Source of the DNA: Octopus bimaculoides | Lineage: Eukaryota | Assembly (NCBI RefSeq): GCF_001194135.2 | Contig: NC_068990.1 | Location: 15,157,209 to 15,221,208 of the forward strand | Reading direction: 5' to 3' | DNA length: 64,000 bases | Shown here: positions 52,058-62,300 of the stretch, in pieces | Layout of the letters: every line of letters begins with the position of its first letter | Numbering within the stretch: position 1 is the first letter of the stretch | Notes under the pieces: generated by a model | Seen by the model: the letters and a program-made list of their open reading frames with translations, nothing else | Databases searched by the model: none | Told to the model about the DNA's origin: nothing | Position numbers and translations under genes: made by a program

Positions 52058-55000
52058 ACCCTGGATAGCTGTATTTCACAAGACTTGTGGTTTTCCTTAA
52101 ATAATAGTAATGAAATATATACATATTACATACATACTGGCTGATGTACTCGGTAATTCCCAGGAGTAAGATGTTCTATTGAAACGCCTTATTACTCTGA
52201 TAAAAGAAAGCAATTTCATTATAACAGCCACAAAAGGTGTATTTTTCGTCACAAAAACGTACAAAAACTGTCAGCTGGAGGAGGGAGAAATTGTTGGAGG
52301 TTGGTAAGAGAGGTCATTGAAAGTTGTCTAGGGACGTTGTCGGAGGTTGTCGTGGTATTTTAAAAGTGAACTTTATGAAGGTTAATTTATTGAATGTAAT
52401 ATATGAATGTAGCATATATGTATAGAAATATATGAATGAAGTGTTAGAAGAAAGTGCAATAATAATGTTCACACTCACTGATGGTCGCTCTTAGTAACTG
52501 CCTTTAGCTTACAGAGTTCTTGTTTTTATAACTATCGAAAAGCAGCCGTAAGGATAGACATATTGTTGAGAACAAATGATTTCATTGGAGGTCTGTTATC
52601 TCCATTCCAGCCCCTGGTGGCCTAGAAGAGGTTAGAAGGGTCAAGTGGCAAAGACATTATTCTACTTAGCAGAGGCATCTGGGAAATGTATAACTGCTGT
52701 CATTCATGGAAAAATTATTGTTTTACTGTGAGAAGAGAGCTGTTGAAGCATTAAGTGAAATTTGGCAATTGAGGATTGAATCCATGCTATACCTGCATGA
52801 AGCTACTACAAGTACATTGTAGAATAAAAAATTTATCTACTGTCATGGAGAAAGTGTAACTGTAAAAATGCAAAATTATCGGAGTAATGGGCATTCAAAA
52901 AAGTATTTATGTATAGAAATGTGTGAATGAAGAGATTCAAATTAAGGAAGAGCAATAATAATGTTTAGCAGTTCAAAACTGAGTAGTGAAATGCAGAATT
53001 AGGTTGGCTGATCGTTGGTTCAAAGTAATCGAACATAAACAATGAAATGTGCTATTTCCCTCGAGTGTTTAAAAAAAAGGGGCTGGTGGTATGAGTTATT
53101 TCCCTTACGTGTTTAAAAAAAAAAAAGTTATATAAAGTGCATATAAAGGTCCCTTCCAGGGGCCGTATTATCGATTTTTTTCAACAATCTAAGTATGTCA
53201 CGAGGTTTCCAGACACGAGTTCTACTCACGTGTCAAGTTTCATCAAAATCAATAAAACGATGGAGGAGGAGTTACATAACAACGTCACAAACAAACACAC
53301 ACCAATTCTCCACACATGTAGTAGATATATATTATCCACTACTTTCATTAACACATTTACAACCGTGTTTAGCAATATCTCAAATTTCATGCCTTTACCC
53401 CTCAGCACACAAATGAAATGCATAAATAACTTTTGCAATCAAAAATTTCTTACTCTCAATCACAGGCATAAATGAACCTATTTTATTTTATTGATGTTTG
53501 GCTTTGCAACAATTAATTACCTCAGAATGACCATAACCCCATTCTGTAACAGGCAATTTTTTTTTTTTTTTTTTTAAACATTGCTTGATGTATGCTTCTG
53601 CAGCTCAATCAACATGCTAAATCTTTGATCCAGCCTGTTTGATCAAGTCTGCATAATCAAAAAGTAGAGCGGTATGATGACAGAGGGACCAGGGTGAGTG
53701 GAGTGAGGTGAGAGTGAAAGAGTGAAGGTATAATTACAGAAAACTATTGGCTATGAGGAAGACTGAAAGGAGCATAATGGAAAGTAGTGCTGAGTGGAGG
53801 GAGGAGGAGAGAGAAATGGAAGGCAGACAAGGAGGGTGAAGTATGGTAGCAGTGTATGCATAAATCCAATACCATCCCTCACCTCATGAGGTGGGATGGG
53901 GATGGTGCAGTGAAGAGAAGATGACTTATCAGAGGTATGAGACAGGTTTAATACCATCTTCAATTATGACTGAAGGCCATCAATAGGTGATGGGGTGAAT
54001 GTAGGGAGCATACATGGGAAAAGAGGAGCGGACACTAGAAGGCAGGAGTATCAAGATAAATAAGAGGAAAAGGGTGTGAAAAAAACAAAAAAGGGGGGGG
54101 GGTGAGCAGGAGAAAAGGAAGTACAAAAGGAGGCTTGCCAGGATGTATTAGGTAAGAGAAGTAAATATGTGTATGTGAGTGTACATGTATGTATATCACA
54201 ACCTCCACTGCTACCCTAATTTCAGCATTTGTTTTGTTATGCTTGACTGATAGATAGGCTATTTAGTATTGTACATTGTCAATCATCTCAGTCCTTTGTC
54301 ACTGCCTTTGTAGAGCCCAACATCCTAAGGTTGGTCTTCATTTCATCCCATGTTTTTCTCAGTTTCCCCCTTCCACAGATTCCATCTACTTTGGAGTGTT
54401 CTTCATAGCTCTATAAATTGTCATGCACCATATGCTTCACATGCCTCACCACTGCAGTCTTCTCCTTTGCACACATCTGACACCTCATCAGGTTTCGTTT
54501 TCTTTTCCTCAATTCACTTGTACACCATCATTCATGCACACAAACAGTATATCATACTTGTTTCATTTCTTCCTCAGTTTTCACAAACCTTCTGCATTCA
54601 AGGTCCATATCCCAAGACTAAGCAGAATTGCATCTTGGACACAAGCATCATACAATATACCCATCACTCTGAAAGAGAAACACTTTGCTAATGGGGAACT
54701 TTCCAAACTGTTCTTACTCTGGTTACTAAGCTTTTAGAAGATTCACACTCCACTGTATGTTAAATCACCTAGATAAACTTTCAACTACTACAGTCTTCTG
54801 AGTATTTGAAAGAATCTAGTTTTCAGGTACTGCACCAGTCTATTGCTACATATGAAGTCTATCTCCTCTATTAGCCTATCTATGATCCCACAAACTCCTT
54901 GGTCAGTTTATAGTTTACACTGAGTAAACTATGAAATTTCCACCAACTTCTCAGCATAACAAGTATAGCTATTTCCTTTTCATCCCTATTTTTTAGGAAG

Positions 55001-58000
55001 GACAGTGATAAAGTCCTTGCTAAGCTTACTTTGAGGCTTCTTGATTCTAGGTTTTGCTTTCATTTTAGGAATTTCTTCTCCAAATCTTCAAGAGTTATCA
55101 CAGCCAGATCATCTATATAACGGAATTTCCCAGGATAGTTGTTTTAAATTCATATGGTATCCTAAAGTACAATGATAAACAGAAGGGGAATGCCAAACCA
55201 TTTGTCCAATCTTCATTTTCTAATCAAACACCAGATTAACAATGTAGAACCCTATCAAAGTCCTTCCCCAGGTCGACAGATGCTAGATACAGTGGCTCAT
55301 TCCAAGGACATCAGTATTTCTTCCTTACAACCTCAAACCTCATCTCACTTAGACTAATTTTGTTCCTAATCAGTTCTGCTATTACTCTTTGTCAGTCAAT
55401 TAGGTGCCTCTCTTGTGTCTGACACCTTCCTGCACTACTGAAAACATGCAACTTGCACATGAGTCACTTTGCCAAATATTCTCTGCATCTCATCAACTGA
55501 AGGCTCTCTTGCTTTCACATCTTCAATCACTTTACTGCTTTCAATTTGGATGGGTGATGCCTCTGTTGGGTCTATTTGAGAGGCTCTTTCTTACTCCTGT
55601 ATTCTCATTTAGCTCTTTCAAAACACTTCCATGCCTTTCTTTTTGCTAAGGGCAAGTGTGCAGCTATAATTATTTCTACAAGGTTTCTATTTTGTCTGGC
55701 ACAATGTCTTGGGATCCAGAACACCTCATATATATGAATCTCACAGTAAAGAACATGTGAATACTGTTTTATTCTTGCTACCTCTATTCTTTTACTTTTT
55801 TCTAAATCTGCCTGTCTTCATGGCTTCGTCTACAGTAGTCTTCCACAACCATGTCACTGGGACCAGTCACATATATAATCAATGGCCCTCAGCAAGCTTT
55901 CACAGAAACTCAGTTTTCCTCTGTTTAAAAGACCTAATTACCATCCTCCTTCCTATCATAAGCATCAACTAGAAATTCTGAACCTATAACCAACTTATTA
56001 CACAAATATTCTATGTCTTTTACATTCAATTGTCTGCATGCCCACTTTGTATTCAATGATTACAAATTGAATAGCCACAAAAAAAAAAAAAAAAAAAAAA
56101 AAAAAAGCATTATATGCCACTTGATGACAAACTTTATTTTTATAAAAAGCTAAATCACCCTCAAACCATACCCTAGAAGGAATGGAAAAAATTAGAGATA
56201 TTCACAATAACATGTTAATACAAAAATAGGCCTCCAAATTTCTAATATGTATTTAGAAGGATTGTAAGGACTATCTATTCATCCCTCAAGGCAGATATAT
56301 ATTGATCTATTGACATATCTATAAATATGGTAAGTTGAAACTGAAGAAGCACATACAAAGACATTTCATTGGAAATGATTTGAGTGACCTAAGAAACTTC
56401 ATACTGGATTGAAATCTTGCCAAAGTGTCATATGGACTGCACCATCAGAAACTCATTTCTACTCCTCTGTAATTAATAAAAATGTTGATTCTCAGTACCT
56501 TTCAGAACCAAAAGAAAAACCCAACTTTGCCTTAATTCATGCCAGTTCAAAGAATTTTAATCAGCTAATTCAGGAAATACTAAAACTAGGCTACACAATA
56601 ATTGTTTATTTAGTTATATCAGTTTCCATTTACTGACAGAAGTTACAATAATCACTATACACATACAAACATACATAACATATTAGTTGTAGGCAGCTGT
56701 GCAATTACAAAGTTCACTCTACAACTCTATATAGTTACAAGTTCAGTCCAGCTATTTGACACCTGGGGCATGACTTCTATTTTGGCCCAGGGCCAATCAA
56801 TACCTTGTGTAGGAATTTTGTAGATGAAAACTGTAGAAAGTCTGTTATGTGTATACGAGACCCTGAATGTTGGAGTCCCATGGTTTAACATGAGCAAAAT
56901 GTGATATGCTTACATTTCCTGTTGACATTATCATCAGTTGCCCAGTGTTTTTGAAGACCTGTAAAGTAAGAAATCCCTTACTTGAAAACTAATTAAGGAT
57001 CAGCACTAGGAACACCGTCTGACCAATTATGTCCACGTCTAGGCCATGCTAGCATAGAAAAACGTTAAATGAATATACATAGAAGTATGTATGCACCCCC
57101 ATGCATGCATTCACACACATGCTTATGTGTATATATGTAAACATTATATACACACATGCATAGACACCCACACAAACAACTATGACAGCTTACAATTATC
57201 TGTAAAAAAAAGTAGAGTTAGATGCCATGAAACAGTAGGATCAACTTTTTCTTTTAAGCCAGAGCCAACAAAGGGCTCATGACCCCTGCAGGCCCTCATA
57301 GACATTGTTCCTCTCGAATCATTGCATGTCAAACAGCTGCAGGAAAGACATGAACAAAGGAATTCCAAAGGAGAGACATACTGGGAAAAATTGGGCTTAG
57401 TAATTAGTATGCAGCCTAAACACAAGGGTAGTAAGAAAGATGAATAGGTTAGTAATACTTAAGCAGAGATGGCATGAGCCAATCCAGTTGTGAGGAGCAG
57501 GGTTCATGATCCATGGTAGTAGAAATGAATGAGAAGACAATGTACCCATGGATCAGAAGCTTGAGCAAGTCTATGTGATCTTATGTCAATCAGTTACCTT
57601 GCCTTATCGGGATACAGTCTAAAGTATCCATGTACACATCTGCACTGCCCAGATATGAAAGCCATAATTTTTTATAAGCTACAACTGAGCTTTGTAGATT
57701 GTCAATAATCATCGAGGTCCATGGTAGCTTTTGGTCCTAAAGAGCAGTCAGCCATTGAGATATGGTCCTAGCTAAAGAATGTACTCTTATGTACTTTTAC
57801 TTGGAGAGATCTTTGGTTACATGCTTAAAGAGATGACATTTTCTTTAATAAGAGTAGTGTTTGTGATTTTGTTTTATATTCTGCTGAAAGAGACAAGATA
57901 AGCAAATTCCTATTAGAGGCTTCCATGATCTCTGTTCATGGAGTCAGGCAAAGGTAAAGAAAGAATGCAACAATGCCCACTGATGTGCATACGAGGGGGA

Positions 58001-61000
58001 ATGGTTGCATGTAATAGCAAAAGAGAGTGAAGGACATAGAGGCAGAAGAGCTCTATCAACATATACTGTGATCGGACAGGAAGTTACTAATCCAAAAAAG
58101 ATGGGTTGAGTTCACAGGCAAGCAGCTTCAATAGATCTGTCAGACCCAGGAGAAAGTTTGTTGATGGCAAGGGCAACAACGTTACTTTCATGAAATTTAC
58201 CTACCAATGAACTCTCATTCATTGGCAGGTGACACAGTAGCTCAGGAAACTAGTGAATCTAGCTACATGGAAACAGTACTGGTGATCATTAAACGCAGAG
58301 AGAGAGATTCAGAGTGTTAGTGAACATTGTTAATGGTCATCTCCATTAACTTAGAGATGCTGGAAAGGAGCGTAATAGGTCGATAATTGCCAGAGAAGTT
58401 GCTTTCCTTGGGAAAAGGACACAATGTACTGGTTTCCAAAATTCAGAATAGATTCCTGTGCAATAGGAGAGATTGAAGAGTTTGATTAGTTTCATTATAA
58501 ACTAGACTTGGCCCGTCATGTTCACAGAAAGAGACATTTTTAGGAACGGTGGCTTTGTCAGCTTGAAGTAACTGAAGATACTTTTGCACTTGGTTTGTGC
58601 ATGCAAGGTGCTGAACCTGGAGATTTGCCAAGTTTGGCAGCAAAGATTCTGTAAAGATAATGTAAACAGTTTTTGGATGCAGTTTGGAAGGTGAGATAGC
58701 TTGGGAGTTATACAATGAATAGAGTTAGCCTTTGCAGTTCAGATAGTAGTCTTGCAAGTGATACACAACAGGGCAAATGTTACCAAGTTTTAGGGATGTA
58801 GGTGAGGTTTTGAGGTACTATTGGCCTTATTTTACTTGAACAACTTCAGCACAACTATGGTAAACGAAGTCCTCCACTTACAGGACTTGGAATATTGATT
58901 TTATGTTGCATGTGCGATGCTAAGAGACATACATAAAAGTATTGTTTCAATCACTTACCAATCAGTGTCTGAGGAGTTGGGCATGAAACATAGGGCACCA
59001 GTAGTAGTTGGCATAAAACTGGAAGAGCTCCACCCACTGGATTACAAAGTGAAATAAGGTGCAGAGGAAGGGATTAAGTGTTTTGTTATATATGGATGTG
59101 TGCTGGGCAACTTGATAGGTGTGGGAGATAGTTACACTCTGTTAAAAACTATATTTGGAGGTGAGAAAGTGCAAGGTGTTTGGGATAGGTATCAATCTGG
59201 TAAGCAAAGGATTAAAATTATTTCTCATTATAATAATCGACCTTTCACTTTAGATTCCTAGAGAAGACATTTTACTCTATTACTCACAAAAGTACTCCCT
59301 ATCTTCATCATACAAAAAGACACATTGAATAATATAGCCAAGATCACCATTTCTGAAAACGAGTTCAACTTCCCGAGTGGGTTCAGCAGAACTAGATCTC
59401 ACTGGTCTCAATTACATCATCTAACAGATGAATGACTTAAATGTTCATCATATCTTTTATATTTTCATCTTTACAACTTCATTCAATGACACTATCTGCA
59501 TTTCATTCTATCCAGTTCATCTAAAACGAAAAATATTGTTTTTAGAAGAGTTTTACAAAACCTATAAACCCTTTCCAAGTGTGCAATATCATTGTTATTA
59601 CTGATCTTCCTACTTTCAAAAAAACCCAAAAAAAACAAAAACAAATTTATATTAACAGTGCCACACCTCAAAAAATAAATAAATAAATAAATAAAATGTC
59701 ATTGTATACCTACTTACTGAACGACCAACCTCTATACAACGAACAAGCCTATTTTCACTTTTGAAAAATAAGTCTGTTGCTCTTAGTCATCTGTAATTTA
59801 CCAATCCAAGCACTTTAACTTGTGTTCTTTTCGGATTCTATAAAACCATATTATTATCTGACATGTTGATTTCCATCAGCTATTGATCTCTCAGTTTTCC
59901 GTAGGTTTCATGCACAGGAACTGAACATAAAAGCTACATGGTCTTGAATTCCAAACTGAAAATAACACTAATATAAAACTATCTATTGCAAATGAATTTG
60001 ACAGAATTTTCAAGTAATGAGGCTAAACTATAAAACAAGAAGAAAAAATATTTAAAATGAATAAAAACAAAAACATACAGGATCTAGTAAAATACTTAAA
60101 TAGTTCCTTCCCAACTAATGACCGCCCCATTCTGTGTATGGTACTTTCACTCCGAATTTCAACCGAGAACACTTCACAGGTCATTCGTTAACAGAAGTAG
60201 CGAGTATTACGTTTACCAGTCAATGCGTTTGTATGCATATTTTAATATCTATTAAATGATAAAGAGGAACGAGATTATTATTCAGCAGTTTGCCGCGAGT
60301 ATTTACCTACAAAACTACATATTTAATACCCGTGAATTCTCAACGAGTATGCACTATTATTTTAAATGAACCTACGAAACATGAGAAGTTTTAGGAATAC
60401 TATAGTGGCCCGTTCGTAGCCTGTTGCCAATAGTTAATTTAGATTTAATGACCCGAACAAAAAAGAAAAAAAAAACCTTTCATAAGCTTCACACAAATAC
60501 ACAAACATATACAAGACGGCCAAGTAAAATAATAGTAAAAATAAAAAAAATCCAGAAACAAAACAACGTTGAAAAGAGAAAATAAATGAATGGTATTGAC
60601 TCTTCTTTCTCCTTAACATTCCATTTACCTTGTCCGCTAGACGAAGCGATTTTCATCGGTTTAATTTTCTGAATATAAACCAACTATAAAAGTTAATACT
60701 AAACGTTATCAATGTAAAAATATATTATACATATATTATCAATATAATTCAAATGCAACTTAAAACGACACTGGAAGAATGAGGAAAATGTGATTTTCAG
60801 CTTCTGATTTATTTTCTTTTACCAGCAGCACCACAATGAAAACCAATATGTCACATGTAGTGAACATGTGTAACTTAAATAAAAGTGAGTGGAACTGATA
60901 CTTAATGGTGCTGACAGGTCAATTAGTATATTTGATATAGATATCGATGGAGTGACCCCACCCACAAACTAACTCATCGTTCTTGGTGATAAACGTTTGC

Positions 61001-61525
61001 GGTTTCAATATCGATAACAGACATACACCACTCAAGTAAAGTAGCTTTTATGAATATCAATCATTTCTTAGCCGACTTCCGTGTGTGACCAATTGAGAAA
61101 GAGGTTAAGTGAGGAGAAGACAAAAAAAATTGGATGATAATAATAACAGCTACTGAATAACGAAATGCAGTAGTGATAAATGGGATATTATATATAACAC
61201 GCACATACTGTTGTTGACTGATAAACAATTGCTTCTAAATTTACAACAGCTATTGTCGCCATAGTCTCTTTTTTTATATAGGATACGCCTTAGATAATAA
61301 AGAGGACAAGGAGACAATATATACATATATATATATAGTATTAGGGAAAAGAACCAAGGTTTATGAACTCATCGATGAAAATCCAGTCACATATAGAAAA
61401 ATTAATACTTAAAAAGCACAATAAATGAGTATATTTTACTCTGTAAAGCTCAATTTAATTTTAATTTTTTATAAATTGATTTTAATTGAGTTTTTACCTG
61501 TAATTTTGGATTTTGTCCCTAATAT

Positions 61526-61590
<65 letters not shown>

Positions 61591-62300
61591 AGAGGCACGC
61601 ATATACATATATAGATAGATATATTATAACTACATATACACACACACACATATATATATATAGAGAGAGAGAGTGAGATACGATATTCCCCCTTATGTAA
61701 TGGACAAAATTCATTAATTAATGGATGGCCTTTTTCTAGTGTCTTCAAGCATCATGTGTATTAAATCATATAAGCATAGATTCCCCACCACCAACCTTCT
61801 GTATGGAAATGTAAGTAAGTATAGGTTAAATGAGGTAGTTATGAGAAAACGCTCAAAAAACCGAGGACGAGAAAGAACACAGTTCAGAGGCGATTTTAAC
61901 ATATTTCCTGTCTTCCTGTCCTCTTAAAAAGCATAGTGAAACGAAAATTTAAATCAAAAATAAATCAAATCCGGCATATTTGGTTAGCTTATGCAAGAAA
62001 TGAACATCCTAAGTAATTAAATAATCGAAAAAGATACGAGGATATAAGATAATAAGTGATTATTATAATATAAAACGGAGATACACACATATATTATGGA
62101 TTAGACATTAACAAAAATATATATTAATGGGGTTAGTATAGGGTGGAAAATAGAGACTTGGAAAATGGAATCGATGGAATTTTTTTCTCCAAGGCAAAAC
62201 GTCTATAACTTACAGGTAGATTTGGACTGATTTCAGCTGAGCAGGAATGACAATAAAATCTGTTCAACCTAGGTTGGCTTTCAAACGCTGCCTCCGCCAT
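15085..62300 (-). CDS. RNF126: RNF126/RNF115 (Rabring7/BCA2)-family RING-H2 E3 ubiquitin ligase, spliced CDS of 9 exons, 255 aa
   Basis: Manual splicing join(62214-62300, 41063-41112, 37765-37816, 36242-36384, 34736-34792, 30209-30284, 28498-28591, 18446-18561, 15085-15177) = 768 nt, all GT-AG, phases consistent. Protein: MAEAAFESQPRLNRFYCHSCSAEISPNLPDFTCPRCENGFVEEITE...[39 protein letters not shown]...CPICLNEFELSEQVKELGCNHQYHINCIDQWLSRHGNCPVCRKDL. These match remembered RNF126 motifs (MAEA..RYFCHCC..PRLPDYICPRCESGFIEEL; LHSNPMDYAWG..GLDAIITQLLNQ; C3H2C3 RING). It is probably a single invertebrate co-ortholog of RNF126 and RNF115. Confidence 0.95.
15590..15885 (+). mobile_element. Repeat family B (SINE-like or RTE-LINE 3' tail, ending in (GAT)n)
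   Basis: aaaagcacccactacactctc..gttaggaagggcatccagctgtagaaac..ccaacccatgctagcatggaaa..gttaaacgatgatgatg. Copies at ~303-430(-), 580-765(+), 10606-10795(-), 11880-12092(+), 17897-18120(-), 26440-26655(+), 38415-38730(+), 50355-50644(+), 50884-51151(+), 51818-52056(+). Confidence 0.8.
16000..16735 (+). mobile_element. CR1-clade LINE 3' fragment (RT C-terminus and 3' end), decayed
   Basis: GPLLFVAYINDI...KYANEIRLY...LQSDLDTMQQW..WQLKLAVDKC and FSPLRVAEAWNKLPASVV..IASFK are typical CR1 ORF2 motifs. Confidence 0.85.
17200..17430. repeat. Cryptic (CA)-derived minisatellite
   Basis: Recurring cacacaaagtg(c/t)gagtacacac variants. Confidence 0.8.
18446..18561 (-). CDS. RNF126: RNF126-like exon 8 (KNLQCPICLNEFELSEQVKELGCNHQYHINCIDQWLSR), most of the RING-H2
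   Basis: Acceptor CTCTTTTAG|AC, donor AGG|GTAAGT; 116 nt; C-x2-C...C-x-H-x2-H-x2-C...W. Confidence 0.96.
19330..19790 (+). mobile_element. RTE-like LINE 3' end fragment
   Basis: WEEVVRTDLKMLSLTAEMMMEDVWQYDVLEKTHP resembles the RTE ORF C-terminus; homologous pieces at ~5380-5760(-) and 11755-11880(+). Confidence 0.6.
22528..22902 (+). mobile_element. SINE family A, full length (intron 7)
   Basis: ggcgcaggagtggctgtgtggtaagtagcttgc head through gactgaaacaagtaaaagag tail. Other more degraded or partial copies at ~105-290, 7122-7320, 11435-11697, 17020-17175, 29215-29350, 32200-32482, 39640-39985, 46215-46372, 49860-50020. Confidence 0.85.
23800..24720 (+). mobile_element. piggyBac (PGBD4-like) transposase fossil in intron 7
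   Basis: Frameshifted motifs FQTITAETNCYA, YDPLYKI, YIPGKPTKLG, WQEGNL.TVYRDRK.IYLST, YNYIDNVEQMNQML.DY match the piggyBac DDD transposase motifs in the expected order. Confidence 0.8.
25273..25326. repeat. (TG)n microsatellite; further (TA)n, (CA)n, (GAT)n and poly-A tracts are scattered through the window
   Basis: Read directly; e.g. (TA)n at 15487-15527, 61535-61570 and 63960-64000. Confidence 0.95.
25863..26050. repeat. 27-bp minisatellite, 7 copies
   Basis: Unit cccagcctgctaatgactgccagtttg, head to tail, no spacers, near identical. Confidence 0.95.
27306..27688 (-). mobile_element. tRNA-head SINE, family C, full length with 20-bp target-site duplication
   Basis: Head ggaggcgcaatggcccattggttagggcagcggac (A/B boxes) on minus; flanked by aacacagactgtaatacatt (27286-27305) and aacgcagactgtaatacatt (27689-27708). 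Confidence 0.88.
28498..28591 (-). CDS. RNF126: RNF126-like exon 7 ([31 protein letters not shown])
   Basis: Acceptor TTTTGTAG|TTG, donor G|GTAAGT; 94 nt; LLNQ..G.PPA.K.KI motif preceding the RING. Confidence 0.95.
28728..29057 (+). mobile_element. tRNA-head SINE, family D, 140 bp from exon 7
   Basis: ggcgcatggctcagggttagagc..gagttcaaatcctgg (A/B box), CORE-like gcaagacactatttcacgttgctccagttcactcagctg, GC-rich body. Confidence 0.75.
30209..30284 (-). CDS. RNF126: RNF126-like exon 6 ([25 protein letters not shown])
   Basis: Acceptor TTTTCTTCAG|A, donor CAG|GTTAGT; hallmark NPxDYAWG..GLD motif. Confidence 0.96.
30424..30650 (+). mobile_element. Repeat family E (SINE-like)
   Basis: tattggtttcaaattttggcacaa..ccagtgctcaactggtactta..ggatgaaaggcaaagt..tctgccagc. 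Copies at ~2960-3150(-), 3965-4180(+), 5980-6170(-), 20305-20455(-), 25695-26060(+), 27150-27300(+), 35950-36160(+). Confidence 0.75.
32483..34265 (-). mobile_element. L1/Tx1-like ORF1-only retroelement (RRM-like region and CCHC zinc knuckle), frameshifted, sense-oriented in intron 5
   Basis: GC-rich island; minus-strand pieces TRAWVCGLPPRIEPESI, PDFLKMAGCRYPVILE, CHFCLEPGHIKKNC (CX2CX4HX4C), then a basic/proline-rich tail; ~280-nt 3' UTR with AATAAA near 32485; no endonuclease or RT visible. Confidence 0.7.
34736..34792 (-). CDS. RNF126: RNF126-like exon 5 (LLLQFISPLQPEMPNAGM)
   Basis: Acceptor TTTATTTTGCAG|G, donor TT|GTAAGT; 57 nt, phase 2 to 2; positionally equivalent to the IIQQL.. segment of RNF126. 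Confidence 0.8.
35701..35785. repeat. 34-bp tandem repeat, 2.5 copies
   Basis: actacatgatgcaatgtatctgggagtgtctaag twice, then a partial copy. Confidence 0.95.
36242..36384 (-). CDS. RNF126: RNF126-like exon 4 (FWDNFRSHALRPRETQQQDRDDDGSERRSNGRRRPNQRDRPQFYDIE), low-complexity linker
   Basis: Acceptor TTTCTTTTATAG|TTC, donor AG|GTAAAT; 143 nt open frame; locally richer in GC and CpG than the introns. Confidence 0.88.
36822..37194 (-). mobile_element. SINE family C, full length with 12-bp TSD
   Basis: Same body as 27306-27688, (CAA)n tail; TSD tgtgcatgcagc at 36810-36821 and 37195-37206. Older copies at ~10835-11010 and 31272-31540. Confidence 0.88.
37765..37816 (-). CDS. RNF126: RNF126-like exon 3 (DFSNTPRTTPSQQDQDS)
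   Basis: Acceptor TTCCTTCAG|A, donor TCT|GTAAGC; 52 nt; phase 2 in, phase 0 out, fits both neighbours. A second in-frame donor lies 18 nt further on. Confidence 0.8.
38438..38593. repeat. 26-bp minisatellite, 6 copies
   Basis: Unit cacaggcgacgctgtcacg(t/c)aaaagg, head to tail. Confidence 0.95.
41063..41112 (-). CDS. RNF126: RNF126-like exon 2 (DFTCPRCENGFVEEITE)
   Basis: Acceptor TTTTAG|GAT, donor GA|GTAAGA; 50 nt; CPRC..GF(I/V)EE family motif. Confidence 0.95.
44640..45320 (+). mobile_element. Mariner-type transposase N-terminal remnant
   Basis: CVKLCSKFGNAFMEAF.. resembles the CIKFCFKLGK.A.ET HTH start of mariner transposases; highly decayed. Confidence 0.45.
45385..45617. mobile_element. 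TTAA-flanked MITE, family F (piggyBac-type ends)
   Basis: Ends in aatgctaaagggttaa; the matching left end ttaaccctttagcatt is seen at 32147-32163. Shared ~230-bp body also at ~11040-11240, 19125-19330, 34498-34680, 47200-47420, 47570-47780. Confidence 0.65.
51298..51599. mobile_element. TA-flanked MITE with ~75-bp imperfect terminal inverted repeats (Tc1/mariner type)
   Basis: Left aagacaaggtataaataat..tcagcaaatttgacttacagctctttccagtagtcatt is the reverse complement of right aatgactactggaaacagttgtaggtcagatttactga..attattcacaccttgtctt. Confidence 0.75.
52134..53326 (+). mobile_element. DINE-1/Helentron-like non-autonomous element
   Basis: 5' actggctgatgtactcggtaattcccagg and 3' caagtttcatcaaaatc..ggaggagtt..(caaa/ca)n..gtagtagat resemble HINE/DINE-type ends; internal direct repeat at ~52410 and ~52910. 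Confidence 0.5.
54600..55970 (-). mobile_element. Old LINE (RTE-like) ORF remnant
   Basis: Decayed coding-like translation (..KVIEDVKAREPSVDEMQR..) resembling the pre-RT KAPG.D region; many stops. Confidence 0.4.
57300..59200 (-). mobile_element. CR1/L2/Jockey-group LINE ORF2 remnant
   Basis: PFPKESNFSGNYRPITLLSSISKLME and WISNFLSDHS are RT domain motifs of AP-endonuclease LINEs; stops and frameshifts throughout. Confidence 0.75.
61690..61900 (-). mobile_element. Possible second Penelope-like GIY-YIG C-terminal fragment
   Basis: GNLCLYDLIHMMLEDTRKRPSIN resembles the CNLCL.EK..I....LLN tail of PLE endonucleases; short and divergent. Confidence 0.35.
62214..62300 (-). CDS. RNF126: RNF126-like exon 1 (MAEAAFESQPRLNRFYCHSCSAEISPNLP), first half of the N-terminal zinc finger
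   Basis: AAAATGGCGG start context; donor CCT|GTAAGT; 87 nt, ends in phase 0. Confidence 0.95.

Noticed and set aside
61009-61016. TATCGATA (DRE-like) motif in intron 1
   Set aside because: Single 8-mer about 1.3 kb from the start codon; a DREF-type role is not established for this lineage
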